Assembly: GCA_043228905.1 (NCBI GenBank)
Contig: JBHGNT010000006.1
Location: forward strand, 13,702,001 to 13,766,000
Length of the DNA stretch: 64,000 nucleotides
Reading direction: 5' to 3'
DNA from: Azolla caroliniana
Taxonomy: Eukaryota; Plantae; Polypodiophyta
Numbering within the stretch: the stretch's first letter is position 1; each line of letters starts with the position of its first letter. The notes under the pieces are model-generated. The model had not been told where the DNA came from. It saw only the letters and a list, made by a program, of their open reading frames with translations, and searched no databases. Shown here piece by piece: positions 1 to 10,982 of the stretch. Both the position numbers and the translations under genes were made by a program.

Positions 1-201
1 TCCAACTTTTAGCTAGGGAGAGTGCTTCCCATTTGAGTATTCATTATGTCGATGAAGGTTTCTTCCTTCTTTTCCTTCTCTCTCGAACACGAGCTATGTA
101 GTCACACTACGATAGCGATGAGCCGGTTCTTCTTCAACGTCGATGTAGAACACAACACACGTGAATGGGATAGATCGAGCTACCAAATCGCTCTGATACC
201 A

Positions 202-663
202 TGTAAAGAACCGGATATGATTCTTTGCAGCAGAAGAGATGTGTGTTCTGTGTGTGTGTATGTGTGTAAGAGAGAGGAGAGGAGAGAAACACAAGTTAGA
301 TTAGATAGAATGGAAAAATAGAATACTCAAGAAGAAGATGTATACTAACAAGGAATATGAGATACAAAAATGTAGCATGACAAGGGAGGACAACCGACAC
401 TCTATGAAGTAGGAGGGTGCTTTATATAAGGTCACCATCTCTCTTCATTAACTCGTGCTACAACAAGCAATCTCTCTTGGGCAATGTGGAGACTCATTAG
501 TCATGGGGAATATGAAACTGATTAGTTATGTGTAATAGAATATGATTCTATGACACATAGTTAATGTGTAGAGAGTAGTGGTGTGACTTTTGACCCTTAA
601 CTGCTCATAGATTATCAAAGGGTGTGTTCACACACAAGCCTAGGTTGACCTTGATTCTCAACA
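202..663 (-). mobile_element. 5' LTR of a minus-strand LTR retrotransposon running off the left edge
   Basis: Minus strand starts TGTTGAGAATC at 663 and ends ...TTTACA at 202, directly followed by PBS TGGTATCAGAGC (plus strand gctctgatacca, 190-201; tRNA-iMet). Confidence 0.85.
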
Positions 664-791
664 CTTTTTACCAACAAATCCTTATTCGGTGTTACGAAAA
701 TCCACTAGTGAGTGCGGATCGCGAGGCGAACCGTCCAGGTCTAGGACCGAAAGGAATCAGGGTTTAACGATCAAAAGACTAAAAATTTCCC

Positions 792-1385
792 TCGAATAAT
801 ACTTAATTATACTTATGCACAAGCAAAACTTAGAATAAGAGAGTATGAGAGATCGAATAATACTTAATTATACTTATGTGTAAGTAGAGCTTAAAGCAAG
901 AGAGTATGAAATATCGAATAATACTTAATTATACTTTTGTTCAAGCAAAGCTTAGAGTAAGAGAATATGAAATATTGAATAATACTTAATTATACTTAAC
1001 TTGCTCAAGCAAATCTTAGAGTATGAGATATTGAATAATACTTAATTATACTTATGCGTAAGCAAATCTTAGAGTAGGAAAGTATTCTTATGTGTAAGCA
1101 AAGCTTAGAGTAGGAAAGTATGAGAGATCGAATAATACAATTATTCTTATGTGTAAGCAAAGCTTAGAGTAGGAAAGTATGAGAGATCAAATAATACAAT
1201 TATTCTTATGTGTAAGCAAAGCTTAGAGTAGGAAAGTATGAGAGATCGAATAATACAATTATTCTTATGTGTAAGCAAAGCTTAGAGTAGGAAAGTATGA
1301 GAGATCGAATAATACAATTATTCTTATGTGTAAGCAAAGCTTAGAGTAGGAAAGTATGAGAGATCGAATAATACTTTACTTATGC
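792..1385. repeat. AT-rich tandem repeat, about 10 units of 56-61 bp
   Basis: Unit TCGAATAATAC(TT)AATTAT(A/T)CTTATGTGTAAGCAAAGCTTAGAGTA(G)GAAAGTATGAGAGA recurs at about 792, 853, 914, 975, 1031, 1128, 1187, 1246, 1305 and 1364. Confidence 0.95.
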
Positions 1386-1634
1386 ATGTTAGGAATTTGT
1401 CTCTCCTATGGGAGAAGTCGACAATCGAAGTCAAGGAAGAAGCTGACAGTTCAATCAATAACCTGAATACAGGATGGTCGATCGGATCAAACAGTGAGTC
1501 GGCAAGGTGGTCGATTGGCTTGAAGGAGATAGAGAGTCAACTTTGATAGTCGACTACATTGGATGGATGGTCCAGGTCGAAGACAAGGCCGAATAATAGG
1601 GCCGACTTGATGGTCGAAAACAAGGTTGACAAGG

Positions 1635-2335
1635 TCTTCCAGTTGCACCTTTCATAATTGGAACATAATTGCCATTGATACTAATATCACCATTAAGAAC
1701 TCTTTGTTGCACTGTATGTAATCTCATACTGCTAACACATAAAGAAATTTTAAATGCCACTCTACAACATTGTTGTGCACCATATATGTAATACTCAAAA
1801 GAGATCGAGATTTCTGATGATTTGTCGGAGATCATTTGCATGTGCGTCACTAGATAAGTGTCCTACTCATCACCAATGAGTGAAAAATAATAACGTCTCA
1901 ATTCACGTAGTTTAACCTTCCCAAACATTGAGAAGCATCCACGAGCACAACATGACACTTGGAGACGTCTAATGTTAGTTGTTTCTCCGATGTCACCATG
2001 TTGAACGGGTCTTGGCCTATTCAACGTGGAACTCTACTGAAATGCATTGCGCTAGCGGTCTTTATGTCTTCCATACATATATTGGTATCATGATCCAACT
2101 CACGAATGTTGGTATCTACTTGACAATCAATGGCTTGGCTAACTTTCTTTGCTTGGCCTTCATTGTTAGAAATTTCATTCTTGTCATACTCATCAACTGA
2201 GAACTCATTACTCAACTCCATAGTTTGTGGCGTGTAACAACATTCCAAATCCATATTGTATTCGTCAACTGAAAAAGATGAACATGTTGACATTGAATAT
2301 TCACTCATAGAAAACGAAAATATTTCACTCAAATA
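1635..2335 (-). pseudogene. Possible Sola-type DNA transposase N-terminal remnant
   Basis: Reading through one TAG joins the ORFs: CCARGCFSMF..LRRYYFSLIGDE*DTYL...YYIYGAQQCCRVAFKISLCVSSMRLHTVQ. This Cys-rich pattern resembles the N-terminus of Sola-like transposases. No DDD core is present. Confidence 0.45.
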
Positions 2336-2484
2336 AGAGATCTAAAATAAGAATATTTCCAAAAGTAATTTATCTATATATACACACATTTTTTTATTTT
2401 AAATAAACAAATATTCTTTAATAAATTTAATATATGCATATCCTTTAAAGTCTATAACTAGAATTTAATATAACTAGAAGTATT

Positions 2485-3865
2485 TGTTACCACCAACAAC
2501 ATGAATTAACTAAAAAACGTCGTTTAATTAAAATAAGAATTATAGAAGTGCCATAAGCATTGCTAACTCCCAAAATTGGGGTCTGCCCCCTCGAGGAAAA
2601 TAAGCTCCTATTAAATAGGAATCATTGGAATGTCAATCGTTCATTAATTGAATTGTTTGTACTTCCAAGGTTCTTTATTGATAACAATTTCTTTATTTTA
2701 GGTATATACCTAATGGATGTAACACTCTCCCGCTAGGGGTGAGAGTTTCGACCACGAAACTAATGCATGGTGGCAACATTTAGCTCCCCATGTTAACTAT
2801 GGTTTAGTGGCTGCATTAACCACTCGAAACCTGCTTGCCGTAGTGCCTCCTTAGTAACCCATGAAGCTTTAGCCAATGATTGCCCTTGCCACTGATCAAG
2901 TAGCGTCTTCTCCCTCTATGAACTTGTGCCTTTAATATAGTCTCTGGTTCGCATGCCATGTTTCATATGTATGAAAATGCTTTAGTAGGCTGACATGAAA
3001 AACATTGTGGATTTTGGAGGTTGTAGATAATTGTAATTTGTAGTAGACGTTGTTGATCTGTTTTGTTATCTTGTATGGGTCGTAGTATCTGTGATTGGAC
3101 TTCAGTGTGAGACCTTGAGGTAACGACCAATTAGCCGCACTAACTAATACTAAGTCTCATGGGAAAAATTCCACATGTTCACGTTTCTTGTTGCCCGATT
3201 AATCATCTAAGACTTTGACTTAGTCAAATGCACTTGTGCTTGCATTCTCTCCTTCTATTTTGCTAAAAATTTGGCTACATCCAACTCTTTTGCCCGTGTT
3301 GTATTTGTAGTATGTAATAAGGCAATCATCGTGAGTACTTCTTTGCCCGTTGATAGCTCGAATGGAGAGAAACTCGTTGCTGAGTGGATAGCTGCGTTGT
3401 AGCAGAACTCAAGCATGTCATTATGCTCCACCCAATCTAATTGATCCTCCTTGATGTAACAACGAATATAATGCTCAATGCCCTGATTAAGCCACTCAGT
3501 TTATCCATTGGTTTGAGGATGCGCCGATGTTGACATACGGAGTTGCGTGCCCAAAATCTTGAACAACTCTTGCCAAAATACACTTGAACCAAGGATCCCT
3601 GTCAGACACGATGATTTTTGGTAATCCATGATACTTAAAAATATATTTGAAAAACAATTGAGCTACATGATTGGCTATCAAAGGTGGCTTTGCAGGTATG
3701 AAATGAGCTTGTTTTGAGAAGAAATCCACGACCACCATCAACATATTGTATCCTTTGGAGGGAGGCAGATCAACAATAAAGTCCATACTAATTACATCCC
3801 CATGGGAGAGACGGAATCAACATCTGTGGGAGTAGACTGAAGGCTTTGCCTCGTTGACACTTAGT
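2485..3865 (-). mobile_element. Ty3/gypsy chromovirus 3' fragment (integrase, chromodomain remnant, PPT, 240-bp 3' LTR at 2485-2724)
   Basis: ORF 3496-3786 has MDFIVDLP...VVVD.FSKQAHF...HGLPKIIVSDRD (integrase). EASWVTKEAL chromodomain-like tail at about 2850. PPT GCGGGAGAG precedes an LTR with inverted termini TGTTAC...GTAACA. Confidence 0.85.
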
Positions 3866-4041
3866 TGTCTGTTTCTTATGTAGTAAAGTGAATTCGAAAG
3901 CTCTTAAAGACCTCCATCTTTTCGTACCAAGATATTAAACTTATCTTCACTATTATTGGTTCATATCTTGTGAGAAGAACCACACTTGATTTTGTATGTT
4001 CCTCACAATTTACACACTATCGCCGAAAATCTTCACAACAA

Positions 4042-7000
4042 CAGATCGTATCCGGATCAGTGTTCAAAACCAAGAGCCGGATCAGAGAGCTGAACCCACA
4101 TGTGTACCGGTAGGCCATTTAGAGGTCTACGCTTCTAGACTACTAGGTAGTCATGGTCCTCGTAGTTAGTGTCAATCGCTCATATGAGGTTTGAAGTACA
4201 TAGTGCTTCTGTTAGTTCCTTGTGGACTTGTATAAAGAGTGCTCACTGAGCACATCCTATGTATAGAGTATTATTTTTTAATATAGTTTATGCTATTATA
4301 CTATCTCGATCTGTGTCTTGTAAGGTTTTCATTAAACCTGTACTCTCTCTGTTGCTATCTAGTTGAATCAGTTTGTCAAAGATTTCCACATATTAACTTT
4401 TACATGGTATTAGAGCGCGAGGGTTGAGGGTGAGGCCAGATGATCGACTGCATTAGAGATGCTAAGATGCTGAAATTGGCCTGGGAAAATCTAAAAAAGA
4501 TTTTCGCCACAAGTACCTCAGCCCGAAAGCTACAGCTTCGGCAAGAACTGAACAATATCCGGCAAAAGGATATGTCAGTTTCAGACTACACCACGAAGAT
4601 AAAGGAGATTTGCGACACATTAGGGTCCATTCACGTCATGATAGACAAGGACAAAATGGTGCAAATCTGCCTCGGTGGTCTGGCTCAAAGGTACGGGCCC
4701 ATCCGGACCGCTATCCTCACTCGAAAGAAACCACTGTCCTTATTCGACCTGCAATTGATGCTGATGGTCGAAGAAAACCATGCGAGTGGGTCAAGGACCA
4801 CTCAATCGGATAGTTGGGTGTTGTACACGGAGGCGGATTGGCCCTGTGGGCGTGGGGGACGAGGTGGATCGGCATGCAAAGAAGGCAACCGACAAGAGCA
4901 AAACCGGAGTCACAAAGATAATGTCGACAACAGTTATGGACCCTCCACAAGCAGGGGGAGTCAAAACGATGTCTGAAACCGACAATCGAAAGCTGATACA
5001 GAATGCTGGTATTGTGGCAAGAAAGGCCACCGAGAAAGTGAGTTTTGGAAGAAGCATGCCGATCTGGAAAAATATGGATCCAGCAAGGTCGGACAACGGA
5101 ACCAGAAGAGCTCGTACTACATAGAAGGATCAGAATGATCCAGAACCGGGAAGACCAAAAAAGGGCTAGCCTTTGTGATGAAACACAAGGAGAACTCAAT
5201 GAAGAAGACCACTTCTGGATCAAAGGAAGTGTGGTATGTTGACTACGGAGCATCAAACCACATGACAAGCCACGAAGAGTGGTTCTCGTTTTTGGAAAAG
5301 CCTAAATAATCGGGAGTTATCGAAACTGGAGACGACACTCCTCACCCGATCGTGCATATCGGAGAAGTTCCCTTGAGTCATGTCCAACAAAAGGGGAACC
5401 TTATGAACATTCACGTCCCGAAAATAAAAAAGAACTTGGTATTGGTCAGGTAGATCGTCAACCAGGGGATGCCGGTGCGGTTTACGCACCTCGGGTACTT
5501 CATTGAGGAAGAACACCAGATAATTGTGCAAGGACGCCGGAACAAGAGGATGTTCATCCTCGGCACTAATGACATCGGAACCCCTATGTTCCCAAAAGGA
5601 CAGACGATCGAATCAAACATCGATCTCTGGCACAAGTGGATTGATCATGTCAACTACCGGAGGATTCAGGACCTACAATCGAAACAAGTTATTTTTGGAT
5701 CATCGAAATTTAGGGGTCGGAAGGCCCAAATTTATGAAGCCTGCCAGCTTGGGAAGAACCACTGGCTTCCATTCCCCACTGAAAGCAACCAGAGCCGTAG
5801 CAAGCTCGATCTAATACATTCGAATGTATGGGGACCGGCACAAAACGTTAGTCTTGGCAAGAGTCGATATTTCTTCTCTTTCATCGACGACTACAGCCAG
5901 CACACGTGCATCTACCTCATGGAGAAGAAATGCGAAGTCTTCGACTATTTCTGGAACCTGCAAAGTCTCATCAAACGGGAAATAGAGAGGAAGATCAAGT
6001 GCTTGCGATCGGATGGTGGAAAAGAAAATTTTCCGGCCAATTCAACAGTTATCTGCAGCAAATGGGAATTCGGAGAGAATTCACTTGTAGGTACACACCA
6101 AAACAAAATGGTGTGGCAGAAAGAAAGAACCGGTCAATTATGGAGGCGACATAGGCAGTGCTGGAAGACAAGAGCATGCCCAAGTTCTACTAGGCTGAAG
6201 CGTTCCGGACGACCGTCTACATCTAAAACAGAATCGGGGATAAGGTGTCAGCACACGAGTTGTATTTTGGGCAGAAGACGAACTTGAGGCACCTTAGGAT
6301 ATTCGGTAGCATAGCCTATATGCAGGTACCGAATGAGAAGCAAAGGAAGTTGGACCCAAAGTCGGAGAAATGCACCTTTTTCAGCTACTCACATGAGCAA
6401 AAGGGTTATAAGTGCTATAAACCCCGAACAAAACAATTTCAAGTGAGCCGAGATCTCGAATTGGTTGAGTCGGCATCATGGTACTCTCTACCGGCTCCGA
6501 TATCCGACTCCAACCCAAATCCAAAGGATGAGGCCAGTAAACCCAAAACAATCTGGGCAGAAGATGAACAAGGATTCAGTACTCTAGATGAGAGACCGAT
6601 CTCATTCCGGCTAACTGGGCCGAATGAACGAGTAAGTCGGAATGACCAGTCAGATGAAGAGTCGGGGAGTAGTGGAGACTCGGTCATGGTTTCCTTGGGT
6701 ACAAACTGAGGAGAAGGTTCACGGGCAAAGAGAAGGGGAAGAAGAAGATGCCGAAGTATGACACCAGCACAGACGAGTCAGATAAGAGTGAATCTAACTC
6801 CGGAAAGTACGAGGACGAACCTTCAGAAACGAATTCTAAGCCGACCAAGAGGGCCCTCAAATCAGCTAACGAGAAGTTACGCCGATCTACCCGCCAGAAG
6901 AACCCTGTAAAATGGTACGGATACAAGTAGTACATGGAGCATCACTATGCATACATGAAGAAAGTGATGGAAGTGCGGGAGCCGGAGAGCTATGTGGAAG

Positions 7001-9249
7001 CGGCGAAAGACACGAACTGGCATGTCGCAATGGAGGAAGAAATGCGGGCACTCAATGCCAACGCCACATGGGATCTAGTTGACCCTCCCCAACATTGCAA
7101 ACCGATCGGTTGCAAGTGGGTGTACAAAGTCAAGTATGGTGTTGATGGTTCAGTTAACCGGTACAAGGCTCGGTTAGTGGCGAAGCGATACGCGCAAACC
7201 CACGGAATCGACTACGACGAGACCTTCGCTCCGGTAGCGAAGATGACAATGGTATGTGTGGTACTGGCGGTTGGTGTGGCAAGGGGGTGATCTTGAAGAA
7301 CAGGTCTACATGGTCCAACCCCCCGTATTTTAGTTATTGATGAACAAGTCGGCAGTGTGCCAACTCAAGAAGTCACTTTACGGTCTGAAGCAAGCACCCC
7401 GAGCTTGAAATGTCAAAATCATGCACTGATTGCGTAAGATGGGTTTTGCGACCTCAAAATCTGACTCTTCATTGTTCACCAGGAAAGGTCTAGACGGTCC
7501 GGTATGTATCCTGCTATATGTAGATGATCTAGTGATCACCAGAACCGGGCTCGATGAAATCGACTGAGTGAAGTCCCAATTGTTGAACGCATTTGAAATG
7601 AAGGACCTGGGGGACCTTCATTATTTTCTCGGGATCGAGGTGATCCATACCCCCAATGGCGCATTGCTATCACAACGACATTATGTGTTGAATATGGTGT
7701 ACAAGTTCGGCATGATAGATTGCCGACCAATCTCCACACCCCTAGACCGGAACCTAAAGCTTCGTCCCAACTTCGGAGCAGCCTACAATGAGCCACGGTT
7801 CTAACAAATTGTCGGAAGCCTTATCTACTTAACTATCACCCGACTGGACATCAGTTATCCGGTCGGAGTGATTAGCCAATTCATGGAGAAGTCGACCGTG
7901 GAGCACCCTCAATGCGCACACCAGATATTACGGTATGTTAGTAGCACTAAGGATAAGGGTATGTTATACCGACACGGTATAGCTGAAAAGCTAGTCGGAT
8001 ATACAGATGCCGACTGGGCTGATGATGCATTGGATCACCGGTCCACCTCCGGATACATGTTTTCTCTTGGTAGCGTGGTGTTACATGGAGCAACAAAAAG
8101 CAGCCAACCGTAGCTCTATTAAGCACGGAACCTGAGTATTGGGGCACTACCATTGCCACCTATGAAGCTATATGGCTTCAATAGCTGCTACAAGACCTCC
8201 CGATCGAGGTACCGACCCCGATTCTGATCTATTGTGACAACGTAACAAGCATACAGCTCGCTAAGAACCCCATATTTCATGCTCGGACAAAGCACATAGA
8301 AATAAATTATCACTTTGTGCGTGAGTGGGTCCTAAGCGGTGACATTGAACTTCGGTATGTTCACACGTATCGGCAGGTTGCCAACATCTTTACCAAGCCG
8401 CTTGGATCACACAAGTTGCAACACTTCTCAGAGATGCTTGGTCTCTAGCATCTCGACGTGCCTCACTTGAGGGGGAGAATGGAAACAGATAATGGAACCG
8501 GACAAGGAGCCGGAGAGAAAGAGAGAACCAAGACAGGAGGAGACAAGAAGAAAAAGGAAGCCGAATCGACCGAAGGAGTCGCCACATCCGGACAAGTCGG
8601 AGAAAGCAATGACGGCATCAGAGTCAAGGGAAAGAGAGCTGACTGGAAGCGGCCAAGACCCAGACATGGTCCAATGTTGTGAAGGGCCTGAAAACGAAAG
8701 TCAAGTTGGAGACTACCAACTCGAACAAGAGTTGGATTGACTCGGAGACGAACAATTTGGAAGAATCGAGTCTATTGATGGCCAAGAGAACTAGGGGGCA
8801 GCGAAGAAGGCGTTGGAGTCGTAGCAGCAAAGGACCTAAGATGGGCTTGTTGAGCAGAAAAGCCGACTGAGGAGGTCGAGGAGGGCAGAACCGGACGGGT
8901 CGCGGAAGGAGGAACTACACTGAACGAGGAGCGTGAGTGAGGCGGGAGGATGCCAGAAGGATCCGGACGAAAGAACCGGCTGCCCCAAACACTAACACCA
9001 TGATCCAACCTCAAGTTGAGCTTAAGGAGGACTGTTGAGGGAGCAAGGTCAACCAGATCCGGATCGCCTGGATAAGCCAGAGATGGATCATATCCAGATC
9101 GATGTCCAGATAATATCCAGAACCAAGAGTTGGATCGGAGAGCTGGACCCACGTGTGTACCGGTAGGCCATTTAGAGGTCTACGCTTCTAGACTACTAGG
9201 TAGTCATGGTCCTCGTCGTTAGTGTCAACCGCTCATATGAGCTTTGAAG
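4042..9249 (+). mobile_element. Decayed Ty1/copia element, family 1 (gag-PR-IN-RT-RH)
   Basis: 5' LTR (left-truncated) ends TTTACA at 4404, followed by PBS TGGTATTAGAGC (4405-4416). Gag, CWYCGKKGH knuckle, IN ([12 protein letters not shown]), RT (YKARLVAK, YVDD) and RH (GYTDADWA) are present with many stops and frameshifts. 3' LTR starts TGTTGAGG at 9033 and is cut at 9249 by another LTR. Confidence 0.95.
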
Positions 9250-10710
9250 TGTTGGAAATTCGGTCTCTCCGGATGAGAACTAGAGGAGCCGGATCGGACT
9301 AGCCGGATGAAGGAACCGGATCCGGAAGGGTTATGGATGAGACCCGGAAACCGGATCGGGTGAATCCGGATGCATCCGGTGCAAATCGGATCCAAGGAAA
9401 TATTTGTAAATACGTTAGAGTAAGCCCACTAAGGTTATATTTGGAAATATACCTAAAGTCATATAAGTATAAATATGACTTAGGACAATCACTTTAGTGG
9501 ATGTTGTTATTGTTGTACACACACAGAGAGAGAGAGAGAGAGAGTGAGTGAGTGAGATACAGAACTAGTCTTCTATTGTAACCACTGGTTTCGGCGAAGA
9601 CAAAGAGCTCGAGGTCATTGCCTCTGAGTCTCAGATTGTATTCCTCCACTTCATAGTGATAGTTGGAGTCTGTGGGCTCTCGTGGTTTTTCCCATTCAGG
9701 GTATTCCACGTAAACATCCTTGTCATCTCTATTTGAGTTTGTTCTCTTCCATTCGTTATTTTAAGACTCGGTTATGGCCGAGCGTTATTTCCGCACAAAC
9801 TGGTATCAGAGCGAACAACACAGGAAATGGAAGAGTCATTCGGTGGTATGTTCAAGCTCATCGGCTCCAACTACTCAGTGTGGAAGTCGAAGATGAGGGA
9901 CATGCTAGTGGTTAAAGATCGTTGGTTGTTGGTACAGTTCGGGGACAAGAAACCGGACAAGATTAATGCCAAGACATGGGAAGTGATGCACATGAAGACG
10001 ACGGCATACATCTGGTGTTTCATTGACATGAGCCTGCTCATGAACTCTGGGAGAAGATCAACATCATGTTCCAGAACAAAAATGCCGTTAATCGGGTTTC
10101 GGTATTCCGGAAATTAGTGAGGCTCTGGTACCAAGATGGCTCCAGTATGGCGGAGCACATGAGTGCCTTCCAGCGGCTAATACACCAAGCCACCTCGTTG
10201 GAAGTACCTCTTGCGGATGAGGTACTCGCATTGCTTTTGCTCAGTTCCCTCCCAGATAGTTGGGAGACGTTAGTTGTCACGTTCGGCAACACCGGGACGG
10301 AAGGAAAGCAGTTGTCCCTAGCAAGGGTAAAATTAATCTTACTAGATGAAGAAGCTCGCCGGAAGGACCTGAAGTCTAGAACCGATCCGAAGGCCTTGGT
10401 CAGGGAAGATGACCAATACCGGGGAAGAGGCCGATATCGGAGTCCCCAAAATCAGGACAAATCGGCGACGAGGTCGAAGTCAAGGGGGAGGCTTACTTGT
10501 CTCTATTGTGGGAAGTCGGGGCACTTCTAGAAGAACTGTCGGCATTTCTGGAAAAACGGTTCGGACCGGAACTGACAGTGTTGATTCGAAGAAGGGTTCA
10601 GATTGGAATGGTTCAGACCGGAAAGGCTCGGATCAGAAGGGAACGTTAGCGATCACGACAAGTGAAGAAGAACTAATGCTTATCACTGAGGAGAATGCGT
10701 CAGGGCGATC
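9250..10710 (+). mobile_element. Ty1/copia (Tork/Tnt1-like) 5' LTR and gag fragment, nested in the 3' LTR of family-1 copia
   Basis: LTR TGTTGGAAA (9250) to CCGCACA (9797), PBS TGGTATCAGAGC (9801-9812). Gag has NYSVWKSKMRDML, LLSSLPDSWETLV and CLYCGKSGH. Truncated at about 10710. Confidence 0.9.
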
Positions 10711-10711
10711 A

Positions 10712-10981
10712 CCCAAGTTCTACTGGGCTGAAGCGTTCCGAACGACCGTCTACATCCAAAACATAATCGGGGATAAGGTGTCAACACACGAGTTGTATTT
10801 TGGGCGGAAGACGAACTTGAGGCACCTTAGGATATTCGGTAGCATAGCCTATATGCAGGTACCAGATGAGAAGCAAAGGAAGTTGCAGCCAAAGTCGGAG
10901 AAATGCACCTTTTTCGTCTACTCACATAAGCAAAAGGGTTATAAGTGCTATAAACCCCGAACAAAACAAGTTCAAGTGAGC
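10712..10981 (+). repeat. 270-bp inverted duplicate of the integrase segment at 11320-11590
   Basis: Near-identical reverse complement (CCCAAGTTCTACTGGGC...GTTCAAGTGAGC). Confidence 0.92.
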
Positions 10982-10982
10982 C

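Noticed and set aside
792-1385. CRISPR-like array
   Set aside because: Head-to-tail repeats with no unique spacers, no cas genes, and a eukaryotic context.
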